Shown: piece after piece, positions 38,601 through 53,600 of the stretch
Layout of the letters: each line of letters starts with the position of its first letter
Numbering within the stretch: the first letter of the stretch is position 1
Translations under genes and position numbers: made by a program
The notes under the pieces: model-generated
The model's input: the letters and a program-made list of their open reading frames with translations, nothing else
What the model was told of the DNA's origin: nothing
The model's database searches: none
DNA from: Eledone cirrhosa
Taxonomy: Eukaryota
Length of the DNA: 64,000 nucleotides
Assembly (NCBI GenBank): GCA_964016885.1
Contig: OZ024741.1
Coordinates: 321,718,001-321,782,000, forward strand
Reading direction: 5' to 3'

Positions 38601-41600
38601 GGAACTGGGGAATCGACAGGGGTGTTAAATAAATTTAGGAAGAGACTGACTTGCGGTCCGAATTATGACAAGTTAAAATCATTTAGTCGTCTATTTGTAC
38701 GCTTTAGTTACGTACACACATCTACACGTAAATACACAAACAGATATTGACAACAGAACCAAGGAGCTTGTGAAACACTATAGCGATATGTGTTGCATCC
38801 CATTAGGGTTTACCGGCTACGTAGCCTATTCGTAAATTTGCCGAATATATATTTTCCACTGTAATATATCTTGTTTTGGTCTATTTCAACTAAATTGTAT
38901 ATCTCAAAATGTGTATGGGTAGTTTTATGAGAAACAGCTGGGTTGGTCAGTACATGTGTATAGGGGAATGTGTACCAATATATGTAATTAACTATTGATT
39001 ACTAATATATTTAATATGCATTAACCACAAAGAATACAGTAAATGTAAAAATTATAAGACAAGGGTATGGACAAGGATATTAAATAAATAAATATATAAT
39101 ATAAAACATGAAAAATAGGGATAAAAAAAGTAAGTTGGTGTCCTAGATGTCTAATCATCATAATCTGTCAGTCCTGCCATTACTCAAGCAGGGCCCTTGA
39201 CTTCCAGATAAACTAGGGATTCTTCATATCCTGCGCTCTACCAACATTAGGAAGTTTTCATGTCTGGTATTGTTGAAGAGTTTTGTTTAGATTTACTACA
39301 GTTGAATGTCCTTCTAACTACTGACACAAAGACAAACCCCTTTGTCATGGTTTCGACAGCAAGTGCCTTACTTGCTGATAACCACATTACAGGGTGTACT
39401 GTGTGCATTTATCGCGGAACCAACACTAGAGGTTGTCATTGATTCAACTAAAACGGTGAGGTGAGGTATTGCTAAACGTGGAGAGATTTGACAGTATGGT
39501 GGGTGGGACTCCAACTGAGAGGTAGTTTGTATATAAATGTTTGTATTTTCAAAACAAATGTTCATTTAAATTTGGTTTGAAAGCTGATGCATTTAATGTT
39601 AACTTTCTAAATTTACTTTAAAATGTATATTTTCTCTTCTTTTTTTTTTTTAGGACAAAGAAAGAGTAAGTATTTTTATCATCTTTGTATTTTCTGCCTT
39701 TATCTAAATTGTTCATAATAGATCCTTTAGATCAATCTTCCTAAGAGAAGGAATATAAAATTCTGGGGAAGGAATCAAAATTGGGAAAGAATAGTGTACA
39801 ATGTGTATCAATGAAATACCAATATATCTGAATTATGTGAGGTCATGTATTAATAGCTCAATAAAAAAAAAAAAGTACAATCTTGATCTCCTTTGGGACC
39901 ATACAATTATTGAGGTTTGAAAAGCTTGATCATATTAATATGGTGTTTGGGTGAAAAATTACTAGATGATAATTCAAAATGTGGAGGAATGGGAAAGTTA
40001 TTGAGGAAACCTGGAATTGCTCGATCTTGGTCACTGAGAACCAATCCTGGTCTAGGTAGACACCTCTCCCCAGTGACTAGTACCAAAGTTTTAGTGGTTC
40101 ATTTTATGATCTGTGTTGCATAATACAATTGAAAGTAAATTTATGGACTACCCGAAAAAAGGTTCTCATTGCTTTAGATTAATTATAAATTATTTTATAC
40201 AATTTTGTGAAAGACTTGCTCAAATATTCAGCAACACGTTTTATATATATATATTTTCTCTTAATTTTTCAGCACTCCAAAGAAAACTGGAGAGTGAGTA
40301 TTTGTTTTATCTCATTAACCCTTTTATTACCTTATTTCTAATGAACGATCGGGGTGGGGGTGTGTGTGTGATTAAAGAAACCTACAATTGCAGGGAGGGA
40401 AATGTGACTTGGGTCACTGAGAACCGTTGGGTTTTATATGCAATACTATATAACCTGGTTTAGGTGAACTGCCAGTGACTGGTACCAAAATTTTGGAGGT
40501 CCTATTTTATGTCCTGTTTTGTTGTGTAATACAATTGAAAGTAAATTTATAACCACCTGAAAAAAGGTATCATGGCTTTAGATTAATTACAAATTACCAT
40601 ATATACTTATATATAAACTGAGAAATGTGACAAAAAAAAAATCTATGGTAAACGAGGTCAATATTTTGCTGATTTTCACCTTCAATTCTATGTAAATAAG
40701 GTGCTAAAATATCAAGTGATTATTTACCTATTGTACAGAATATGTATATCAAGTTCACTATAAAGCTTTAATTGGAGGTGAAATATATTTTTTCTATGGC
40801 TTTTGATGATTTGAAGGAATTAGCTGTCAGAAATTGTTTCTCGAGCTTTGGGCCACTCACCTAGCTTGAAGGTGAATATTACATCAGTTTCACTTTAAAG
40901 GTGAAATTTGTCTTATTGCTTTTGATGTATTGAATGAATACAGCCTTCAAAACGGTTGGAAATTCTTTTGTTAGTTAACTTATTAACCTATTATTAACCT
41001 ATTGGAGCAAGACAAGTGTAATTGTACCTGTACGATGTTAAGCCATTAGCATTTACATTATTCTATATTTACTAATGTATTTTCACAAACACTTTATTCC
41101 ACAAAATTATCTCACAATATCAAAGCTATGAGATTTTGATATTGATTTTGAGAACAATACCTAAGATAAGTATGAGCTGCTGGTTATGGTTGGTTTGCAA
41201 AGAAAGAGGTGAGAGAATTCTGGCAGGATATGGCCAGTTTAAATGCTAAAGGGTTAAATGGTTTCCAAGTTTTTTAAGACACACATTTAATTTGATGTCT
41301 ATACTAAATAGATATTTGTTACATTCATGAGATGGTGCTATTGTAGTCTGCTAAATAAAAAAAAAAGCAAAGTACTCCCAGCATGTGAGTGGTTGGAAGT
41401 AAACAAAAATTTGGGAAACTCATTGAAACTTTATCAAATTGAGGATGAAATGGTGAAACAAAAACTATATTCTAAATAACACTTAAACATTTTGAATAAA
41501 ACTTCATAAATATATTCTCCATTCATGAGAATTTCAAAACTGATCCTTCTAAACGTGTTAAGCTGTCTTGGGTTTAAATGTTTGAGTATATACAGTAACT

Positions 41601-44600
41601 TAGAATACAATCTTGTAAAAGACTTTTTGAAATGTTCAGTAACATGTTTATATTTTATTAATTTTTCAGCACTCCAAAGAAAACTGGAGAGTGAGTATTT
41701 GTTTATTGACGTTTTTATTGACCCTTTTATTACTTTATTTCTAATGAAAGACGGAGGGAGGGGTGATTAAGGTAACCTACAATTGCAGGGAGAGGAATGT
41801 GACCTGGGTCACTGAGAACCGTTGGGTTTTATATGCGATATTATATAACCTGGTTTGACTGGTACCAGTTTTAGTGGTCGCCTATTTTATGTCCTGTTTT
41901 GTTGTGTAATACAATTGAAAGTAAATTTATAACCACCTGAAAAAAGGTATCATGGCTTTAGATTAATTACAAATTGCCATATATACTTATATATAAGCTG
42001 AGAAATGTGTGACAAAAAAAAAAATCTATGGTAAACGAGATCAATATTTTGCTGATTTTCACCTTCAATTCTATGTAAATAAGGTGCTAAAATATCAAGT
42101 GATTATTTACCTATTGTACAGAATATGTATATCAAGTTCACTATAAAGCTTTAATTGGAGGTGAAATAAATTTTTTCTATGGTTTTTGATGATTTGAAGG
42201 AATTAGCTGTCAGAAATTGTTACTCAGTTAACAATGAGCTTTGGGTCACTCACCGTGTTTGGAGGTGAATTATACTCAAGAGGGTTATCAATTTTATTTG
42301 TTTGTAATTACTTTAATTTTCTGTGCAGACTTGAAATTTTGTCAGATGTTTAAATAACTATAATTTACAATTATATATTTTTACCTAATTTTTTTTGTTA
42401 AATTTGACTTTTATGGTCAGGTGAAATTAATTAACAGGTGTAAAAGTAATAACTTTATGGATAAACACAAAAATTTAAACTTTATCTGCCTTACTTGTTA
42501 GATTTGTTGCAAAAAAATCCAATAATGATCTAGATGCTGATTTCCATCAATTCTAGCAGTTTTCCGAACAGGTGAATTAATTAAAAATGCAGGTGTAATC
42601 AGTACAAGGTTTTAGTCTTTCTCTACATTCCAGGCAAATATTTTCATTGAAAAAAATGTATAAAACCTTTTCACCAGTCAAAATAATATTGGCAATGTAC
42701 TCTTACACAATGTACGGTGTAAAATTACGTAACAGAATGTTCCCAATATATAAGTTCATTAACAGGTGTGATGCAGGTGTGACACAGGTGAATGCAGGTG
42801 TTTTTGTATATGTGTTCTAATATATTTTTAAAATATTGTTTTCAATATTGTCAGACAATATTTCTATCGTGCCCAAAGCACCCTTTACATAATGGCACTT
42901 TGCAAAAGGAACACATAAATAGGGTTTGGATTGCGTAACCTTTAAGTTTTTCTCTTTTGCAAAGAGCACAATCGGCAAACCTTCCTCCTACCATCAATTC
43001 TCTCCACTTTGTGAAAATCAATATTTCCTTTGTGGACCACTGCTAATTTTGATTTTTTCCCAGCTTTGTGTTTGCGAGAAGTATATCCTCCACGTAGCTG
43101 GGATGCAATGTCCACGCGAAACTTCATATGACAGTAGTCCTTTGGTGGTGGCGGATCCTTGTGGCTTTTAGTAAATACAATAAAAGAATTCACAATGGTT
43201 AAATTCAGTAAAAACCACAAGATGTATCTCCACCATTTGTTTCTTGGGTAATAAGCACAGTACTGGTCAGATTTGTCAACCCCACCCATATATTTATTGT
43301 AGGAGAGGTTAACTAAAGGTCTACCCTCAGCCCCAACACCTGATTGTTGGTTAGAACTCAGGAACAAAATTTGTCTTTGAACACTGTGGCTAACATGTTC
43401 TCTTTTTGCATTTGGAGAATGTCCCCTCTGTTTTTCAGTTTCGCAACTTTTATTTCTTGGGGTAGTCCTTTCCGATTGCTCATTATTGTGCCGCAGGTGT
43501 ATGTATTTACAAGGGCAAGATCCTCTGCTAAAAGCACCGAAGAAAAAAACGGTCAAAATAAATGTCTATGTTGAAAGTGGAAGGGTTGAGTCAGCGACCA
43601 CACAACATCGTAACACAACCCATGTTTTCTCTCTCTGTTATGTTTTTTTCCTGTGTAAACATCAAAGTTTACACAGTATCCTGTGTCCGATTCACACAGT
43701 TTCCACACTTTGATGCCCCATTTGGTGGGTTTAGCTGGCATATACTGTCTGAAATGAACCCTACCCTTATACCCAATCATAGCTTCATCAACACTAAGAT
43801 TTTTTCCAGGTATATACACACTTTAAAATTTTTCTAACATTTCAATTAATGGTCGTACTTTGTACAGTGGGTCGTAATTTGATTCATTTCTACCAGGGGC
43901 ATTTGAAGTATCAACCAGATGCAAATACTGGTTTAATTTGATGAATCTCGTTTTTGCCATAATACTAGATATATAAGGGTTACCAAACCTTATATCAGTA
44001 CTCCAATAATTCCAGTCGTGGAAATTGTTTAATACCAAACATAATATTTATGGTAAAAAACGCTTTCATTTCGGCAGAATCTGTCGGACGCCATAACAGA
44101 TCGGGTTTTCCGATATTAGAAATCTGTTGTTGTGCATAGCGATTTGTATCTTCTGCCACAACTTCGAAGAAAGTTTGTGGTAAAAATAAAAAAAAATAAT
44201 CCAGTGCTTTAGCATCGGGTGGTAATGTGTGTTGTGGTCCAGTATTTTCAGTAAAATCCGAAAGATGTATCGGTGTGGTTTCTTTCAACCACGTTGGTGT
44301 CAGTTATATCTTCGCTTTCACTTTCAAAGTGACTATCATCATCATCATCAGATATATCAGAAATAAATATATCTGATTCGTTCGAAGATAAATCACAAGA
44401 TATTATCTTCTGTTTCTTTTTGATCTCGAATGTCGTCGGATGTAAAACCTTCAAATTCGTTGTCGCTACTTTCGGAAGCCATGTTATACTTTCAACGTTA
44501 AAAACACGTGTTATCGCCAGTTCTTTGACTATACTAAGAGTTAATTTTCGCGCGTAAGGGCTTTATCTCGCAGTAATCTCGAATTGATGAGATTTCAATG

Positions 44601-47600
44601 ATGTCGATGTTTATTTTTAGGAGATCTCCGTGTAGTATTAAATGTCGGTTTGAATAAATGAAAGGAGGCATAATCTTGTCGGTTTGAATGCTAAAGGGTT
44701 AAAGGTGAAATTTGTCTTTCCTATTGCTTTTGATGTATTGAGAATGAATACAGCCTTCAAAACGGTTGGAAATTGTTTTTTTAGTTACTTGGGGAACCTA
44801 TTAGAGCAAGACAAGTGTAATTGTACCTGTACAATGTTAAGCCATTAGCATTTACATTATTCTATATTTACTAATGTATTTTCACAATAAACACTTTATT
44901 CCACAAAATTTATCTCACACAATATCAAAGCTATGAGATTTTGATATTGATTTTGAGAACAATACCTAAAATAAGTATGAGCTCTGGTTATGGTTGGTTT
45001 GCAAAGAAAGAGGTGAGAGAATTCTGGCAGGATATGGCCAGTTTAAATGCTAAAGGGTTAAATGGTTTCCAAATTTTTTAAGGCATACATTTAATTTGAT
45101 GTCTATACTAAATAGATATTTGTTACATTCATGAGATGGTGCTATTGTAGTCTGCTAAATAAAAAAAAAAAAGCAAAGTACTCCCAGCATGTGAGTGGTT
45201 GGAAGTAAACAAAAATTTGGGAAACTCATTGAAATTTTATCAAATTGAGGATGAAATGGTGAAAAAATCATTACATTGTGAAACAAAAACTATATTCTAA
45301 ATAACGTAAACATTTTGAATATTAAAACTTCATAAATATATTCTCCATTCATGAGAATTTCAAAACTGCGCCTTCTAAATGTGTTAAGCTGTCTTGGCTT
45401 ATACATTGGGTTTAAATGTTTGAGTATATACAGTAACTTAGAATACAATCTTGTAAAAGACTTTTTGAAATGTTCAGTAACATGTTTATATTTTATTAAT
45501 TTTTCAGCACTCCAAAGAAAACTGGCGAGTGAGTATTTGTTTATTGACGTTTTTATTAACCCTTTTATTACCTTATTTCTAATGAAAGACTGGGGTGGGG
45601 TGGGGGAACCTACAATTGCAGGGAGGGGAGGAATCGCACAAGAAGAATGAGACCTGGGTCACTGAGAACTATTGGGTTTTATATACGATACTATACAACC
45701 TGTAATACAATTGAAAGTAAATTTATAACCATCTGAAAAAAAGGTATCATGGCTTTAGATTAATTACAAATTGCCATATATACTCAGATATAAGCTGGGA
45801 AATATGTGACAAAAAAAAAAATCTATGGTAAACGAGATCAATATTTTGCTGATTTTCACCTTCAATTCTATGTAAATAATAAGGTGCTAAAATATCAAGT
45901 GATTATTTACCTATTGTACAGAATATGTATATCACATTCACTATAAAGCTTGCATTGGAGGTGAAATATATTTTGTCTAAGGTTTTTGATGATTTGAAGG
46001 AATTAGCTGTCAGAAATTGTTTCTCCATTAACAATGAGCTTTGGGCCACTCACCAAGTTTGGAGATGAATATTACATCAGTTTCAATTTAACCCTTTAGT
46101 GTTCAAACCGGCTGCAATTATTTCCTCTTCATTTATTCAATCCAGCCGATAACAACCATACTAAAATATTTTTCTAAAAATAAACAATAGCGCCATCAAA
46201 ATCTCGTCAATTCGAGATTACTGCGAGATTTAGACCCTTACCACGAAATTAACATAGTGAAACAACACGTTTGTTTAACGTTGAAAGTAGAACAGATTTT
46301 TTTTGTGTATCAACATTGGGTTTAAATTTTGAGTATATACAGTAACTTAGAATACAATCTTGTAAAAGACTTTTTGAAATGTTCAGTAACATATGTTTAT
46401 GTTTTTTTTTTATTTTTCAGCACTCCAAAGAAAACTGGGGCGTGAGTATTTGTTTTATCTTGTGTTTATTGAAGTTCTTTAACCATATTTCTAATGAAGC
46501 CGCTGGGGGAAGAATTGGGGAAACCTGGAATTTTAAAGGAAGGAATGAAGACCACTGCTTTAGATTATTACACAACCTGGTTTAGGTAAACCCCCAGTGA
46601 CCGGTATGAAAGTTCTAGTGGTCCATTGTTAGTTTTGTCCTACTGTGTCACATAATACAACTGAAAGTAAATTATAATTTAATGACCACTTTTGGACTGT
46701 GTTCCACAGGACTTGTGATATATTCTGCATGTGTATGGGATTGATGGACAGCTTCTTGTTGCCTTGAAATCTCTATATGAATGCCCTAGTATTTGTTTTG
46801 AGATGGTGCTGAGTTGAAAACATTCAATTTGAGTGTCAGATTCCGCCAATGTGTATACTGTCACCTCTCCTATTCATAATGTTCATTGACGTGTGTGCAA
46901 CCAGGATGGAAGTGGTATCAAGACCGACAGGTGTAGAATCAGTCTGCTGGAATTTGCAAGCGTTACTATTTAACTCACCAGATGTGATCTCGGACATGCA
47001 CTCAAGAAGCATTTGGAGAAGTTTCAACTATTTTGGAGCCATTTTGATGAGGCAGGGGGCTAAAGTGAATGCACAGATTCCAGTAATGCGCTAGCTTCAG
47101 CATTCCGTCAGAAGGGAGGTAGGTGTAAAAGCCCAGCTCCCTATCTTCAAGTTGGTGTTAGTGTCACTTATCTATGGTCATGAATCTTGTGTAATGACTA
47201 AAAGAATACAAGAGCCGGAATTGGGTACCTCTGAAGGATCTTTGGAGTAATGTTATTCAATAGTGCATAAGCTTGGAGATCTAAGAGCTGCTACTCCGAA
47301 TTGAGATCTCCCAGCTCCAGACATGTAGGCAGAATACCTAAGGAAAGAAGCGCTGGGAAAAATCAACTGGCAGGAGACCCAGGGCTAGACTTGAATATAT
47401 CTAGCTGGATCAACTTGTGACAGTTGCTCCAAATGACCCCCCCCCCCCCCCCCCCCCAGGAATAAGTAGGTGACAAAAATGGATTACCTAAAAAAAAATG
47501 TCTCATTACTTTAGATTAATTACAAATTGTTTTATACAATTTTGTGAAAGACTTGTTGAAATATTCAGTCACATGTTATTTATATATATATATTTTTGAA

Positions 47601-50600
47601 TTTTTCAGTGCTCCAAAGAAAACTGGAGAGTGAGTATTTGTTTTATCTCATTTCTATTGAAGTTTTTTAACACTTTATTGGAAACAATCCAAAATTTGGA
47701 GTGATTTAGTAATATAACTAACTTTCTGATTAAGTTGTTTGGATTTTAATGAAGGTTCTTAAATAAATTTATGAACAGTTTTAAAATAAACTTAGTTGTG
47801 CTACTGTGTTGCATAATACAATTGAAAGTAAATTTATAATTTATGGATAAATTTATATAATCTTGTGAAAGAATTATTGAAATATTCAGCAACGTATGTT
47901 ATATATGTATATTTTTTCTTAATTTTTCAGCACTCCAAAGAAAACTGGAGAGTGAGTATTTGTTTTATCTCATGTTTATTGATTTTTTTAACCCTTTTAT
48001 ATTATCATATTTCTAATGAAAGATTGGGAGAGGAATTGAGACCTACAAGTGTAAGGAGAGGAATGTGATTTATGAATAATGTAACCCGGGTCACTGGGAA
48101 CCACTGCTTTAGATCTGATACTATATAACTTGGTTTAGGTGAACCACCAGTGACTAGTTTTAGTGGTCTCCAAAATTTGGAGGAATTTAGTAATAATATA
48201 ACTAGCTCGTGTTTAGAGCATAACTTAACAAACAATTCTATTGCTGAACCAAGGACAGTTTCAAGTGGTTTGTTATTAAATGGGTTAAATAAAACTTCAT
48301 TTGAAAGTACAATATTTATATATAGGAAATATTAACCTATAATTTCTCTTGTATACCTTTTATTTAATTAATGATTCGCACAGCACTCCAGTGTGTGATG
48401 AGATCATGCATATTGTAGGAATAAGAAAGCATCGTTAGTCATCATTTTATGCCAGTTTTCTGTGCTGGCATTGGTTAGATGGGTCATCACAGTGAGAGAA
48501 CAAGTTAGATAACTATCATGCTCATACATTTCATATTTTGGCATGGTTCTATGACTGGATGCCATTTCTAATGCTAACCACTTCTGTACTAGGTGATATT
48601 TTATTATGGCACTAGCACTACCATTTACAGAGTGTCCTGACTGCATTTTATCATGTCATGTCCTCAGCAGGCCTGAAGAGTCGTCCTCTCTGTATTATAT
48701 TGTCTCCATTGCCTGTTACTTTACAAAGGGTACAGATTATATTTTAATATTACTGATTTATGATTATAAAAATATGTCTACATCATGTTCATGTATGAGT
48801 AAATGCAAAGTGTCCCTGGAAGTGGAAAAAATAACATGGTGTTAACAATATAAAGTATTTTAAATAAATGTTTCCCTCCAGTATGTAATAATTACTATGT
48901 TAATATTCCAATTAATGTTATATTATGAAACTAATGAAAATATCTTTTTTCTTTTCTAGGAAAGTTGTAAAGAAAGTTGTAAAGTAAGTATATTTGAAAT
49001 CTTTATAACACATTCTTTTAAAATCTTAGAATATTTTAATATAGTTTGAGATAATACCATTCATCATAATTTTAGAAAGAATTCTTTATTATAGAATATT
49101 TCTGGATACCATTAGTTATAAAAGCAGCTTTATGCTTAGTTCTGAGACCAAATTGTTAATGAAATTGTGTAGGCAGAAACTGTATGGAGGTTCATCAGTA
49201 ACTGGAATTCAGAGGTGCAACTTGGTTAGACACTGTCATGCTGGTTCCAAGTGTGTATGTCTGGAATTCTAAGGCATTTTGCTCAAATTTACATTATTAC
49301 AGTGAAGTCATTAAGTTTTAATGTGATGCAGCCATAATATTGTTTTGTGCTTCTCAATATCTTGCTAATTTGGTTTCATGTGGTACAGGACGTTAAATTA
49401 AAAGATTTCAGTCTTTTTTGTTCACTTTAATATTTTAAACATTTATTTCAACTGTAAGATGTCGATGATTAAACAATATTTCATGTTCTTTCAGGAAACA
49501 AGTACCGAAGAAGCCGTGAGTATAAATATCTATAATGAAACTAGTGCAGTGTATTGGAAGTATCAATGTTTTTCTTAACTGATTGTTTACTTCATGAAGT
49601 TTTTTTTAGTATTTGCACACCAGTGATAGATGTTAGGTTTATTTACGTTATGATGTTTCATTAAATATTTATATGTAAGTCAGTGGTCCAGCATGGAACG
49701 AAAGAATACATAATTTGAAGCAATTTTCATTCTAAACTCTGCGGCAACACAGCTACTGTTTTGATGTCATACACACGTGTTGCTCTGCAGTAAATTTGAT
49801 TTTAAAATAATTTTGCTCAAAGCATTGAGTGTGCCATTTAAAGGTTGGGAACAATTAGAGTTTGTTTGGTATGAAGCTATCATAACAGCTCTATTTACGT
49901 ATCTATTTGGCACTCATTGAAGGAGCATCTTAGTAAATCGTCTTTTACTTTTTCACTTGAGAACACCTAATCCATTATTTTCTTAAAAATTATACTTTCA
50001 AATCAATTGATTTTTCTCTATTTCAATATCGCTCTTGTATAATTAAGTGGTAAAATCTTAAGTTATAGTTATTATAGGTTAGTGTACCATTTAGTAGAAT
50101 TACAAATATTAGCACAGACAACACTTCTGCACATGTTCTTCACAAAATTACCTGATCCCAACCCTCAAAGTCTTTGTTTATCAACTTTATTGTCCATTGT
50201 TGATAGTTTCAATAGATTCTTAAATTCCAACTGATCTGTGTGGTCAGTTCCAACATGTGTATTAAAGTGTCTTTACATATAATATAATGCTGCAGTGACT
50301 TCATCAAGGAAGGGTCTGTATTCGAACTGCTTGCTTGGTGGATAAACTTGCACAACCCACAGACGTATCTTTCAGCCTCAGCTTCAAGAGGCAAATCCTC
50401 CCTCCCAATGGTGTCCAGTCCATATCACATTCTGACAGTTGGGTGCTTGTGAGTATCTCCACTCCAGTCATTTCTGGTGCTATACAGTGTACAAGTATAC
50501 AGTGCCAGGGCCACAGAGCTTTGTTCAGGAAACCCTGACTATATCCAGCCAGTAGCACCTAGCCTCCATTAGTCCTCTTTACCTGCAAGGGTTGTGATGT

Positions 50601-53600
50601 TCCAGATTCCAATTGTCATGGTTTGTTCTCTTTAGGCTCTGGATCTGCCAGTTTTTACTGGTACATTCAAAATCCTGCAAAGACTAGGCTTTTTAGAGGC
50701 TCTTGACTTGCCTTGTCATATCTACATCACTGGGTTGTGAGAGGTTTCTTGGGAGCTACAGGTATTATCCATTGCTCCATCTCCCCTAGTAGTTGGTCTG
50801 GGGTTACTTATTCGTCTGGCAGCTACCCACTTATATTGTAACTAACCATCATATCTGGTGGTCGTATCACATTCACCTGTGAATTGTCTAGCAGAACAGC
50901 TTTGCCGAGAAGGATAGTTAGTTCTCCAGTCATCCACAGATGATTTCAAATCATAATATTTTAACTTCTCATGTGATATATTTTCAATTTTTCAGGGTTG
51001 TAAAGAAAACTGCAGAGTAAGTATTATTTCGTTATTATTAAGTGTTGCTGTATTTTATCGAAAATGTGTTTTAACCCTTTAGTGTTCAAATCGTCCGCAA
51101 TTATTTCCCCTTCATTTGTTCAAACTGCCTGAAACTGGCCGATAACATCCAGACTAAAATATTGTTAAAAAAATAAACAATACCATCATCAAAATCTCGT
51201 CAATTCGAGATTATTGCGAGATTAGGCCCTTACTGCGAAAATTAACACTTAAAACGTGTTTTTTTAACGTTGAAAGTAGAAAAGATTTTTTGTGTATCAC
51301 ATGGCTTGTGAAAGTAGCGATACCGACTTTGAAGGTTTTACACACGACAGCATTCAGAATAAACAAGAAACACGATAATATTAGTGATTTATCTTCAAAT
51401 GAATCTGATGTTTATATTTCTGAAATTTCGTCTGACGATGATTGTTTTGAAAGTGAAAACGGAGATCTCCAGGACGCCATTTAAAATATTACAGCAACGT
51501 GGTTGAAAAATACCACACCAATATATGTTCCCGATTTTATTCAAAATACGGTCCGCAACACACATTAGCTCCCGATGCTAAAGCACTGGATTATTTCTTT
51601 TTGCTTTTACCGCAAACTTTCTCTGAAGTTGTGGCAGAAGAGATTAATTGATATGCCCAACAACAGATTTCAAATCGAGGAAAACCCGATCTGTTTGGCG
51701 ACCGACTGTTGCTGCGGAAATGCAAACCTTTTTTACCATAAATATATTCGGTATAAAACAATTTCCAAGACTGGAATTACTGGAACACTGATATAAGGGT
51801 TAGTGATCCTTATATATCAAGTATTATGCCAAAAAACAACATATTTCAAAACAATCATCGTCGGACGAAATTTCTGAAATATAAACATCAGATTCATTTG
51901 AAGATAAATCACTATAATATTATCGTTTGTTTCTTGTTTATTCTGAATGTCGCCATGTGTAAAACCTTCAAAGTTGGTATCGCTACTTTCATAAGCCATG
52001 TTGATAAAAAGAAAAAATTGTTGTACTTTCAAAGTTAAAAAAACACTTGTTGTTTTAAGTTGTTTCACTATATTAAGTGTTAATTTTCGCAGTAAGGGCC
52101 TAATCTCGAATTGACGAGATTTTGATGATGGTTTGTTTATTTTTAGAACGATTTTTTAGTGTGGGTGTTATCGGGTGGTTTGAACAAATGAAGGGGAAAT
52201 AATTTCGGGCGGTTTGAACACTAAAGGGTTAAACATCTGCTGACAAAATTTCAAGACTGCACATAGAAAATTACAATTGATAACCCTCTTGAGTACGATT
52301 AACTGAAAATAATGTGAACAGATAAACATGACATCTGACAAATTAATGTGAATGCTAAAGGGTTAATCAAATTATTTAAAACTTTTTGATACCTAAAACT
52401 GACTTTGATTCTATGTTACAAAGCTGATATTTTAACAACTAAAGGTTCTTACATAAATCAAAGTTTGAGTTATTGTTTCAAAACTACTCTAATTGGAAGC
52501 AAATTTAGTGATATTTAGATTTTGTTTCAATCTCATCATATATGGCTTAGTTGGTATGTTAAACTGTTTTAACCTTTTAGCATTTACATTACTCTGTAAT
52601 TTACTATTGTATTTTCACAGTACACACTTACCTCACATAATATTGAATCTACAAGATTTTGATATTTACTTAACATAAGTATGAGCAGCCAGTTATGGTT
52701 GGTTTGAACTGAAAGAAGTGAGAGAATTCTGGCCAGATATGGTTGGTTTAAATGCTGAAGGGTTAAAGTATCTTCTTTTCATTTCTGAAGCCAGCGGAGC
52801 ATTGAGTTGCTGAGCATGCTTTATTTCATGTTGCTTTTCATAATAGGACTGGCCCCTTATCATGAAAAAGAAAAACACCCAGAGAAACCTTTTATGAGAT
52901 GTAATCTCATAGGTCAGCTGAACCTGCATGGGTTTAGGACTTCAAAGATTTGTATACAAGATTTTCAATAGAATTGAGTATGTATAAAACATGCATTTTA
53001 GGAAAATAACATAGTTTGGTATTATGAACAAAGCTAGATTCAGTGTATTGACAACTCATTTGGTCGGATGCCATGCTTTGGCGCATGGAGATACGGGCTT
53101 TGCCTTTCATCCTTATAGGTCGATAAAATAAAGTACCAGTAATGTACTGGGTAATTGCTGGCCTTCTGCCAAAAGTAGAAACAATTATTTTAACTGAAAT
53201 TTAAGAGATAAATATATATTGGTAATAATTTCACAATTACTGTATTTCATATTTACAAAACAATAGATTTGGTGGTGCTTCAGTAGTAGATATTGCATTT
53301 TCAGTTATAAAATATCTAATTAACATTTCTTTACTTTTTCAGGAAGAAGACTGTTAAGAAAGCGTAAGTAGTTTTTAAATTAAAATAGTACTATTAAAAA
53401 TAGATATGGAAAGTATTTTTATGTTTACATTAGAATTTAATGTTTTCAATGTAATATTGGAAGGTGGAATATTAAGATAATTTTTAAAACAAGTAATGAA
53501 TATATATATATATATACAAGAAATTATGCTTAGATAAGCAGTATTATATATATATGTAAAGGCATGTGGTTTAGTGGTTAAAGAGTTGATTTGCAACTGT

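Noticed and set aside
40800-40880. TGATGA box-C-like motif in the duplicated intron units
   Set aside because: No suitably placed box D, terminal stem or recognisable rRNA antisense; recurrence is explained by the duplication.
40273-47951. Recurrent ~35-nt motif superficially like CRISPR repeats
   Set aside because: Eukaryotic context, spacing of 0.3-4 kb and no cas genes. The motif is acceptor + microexon + donor.
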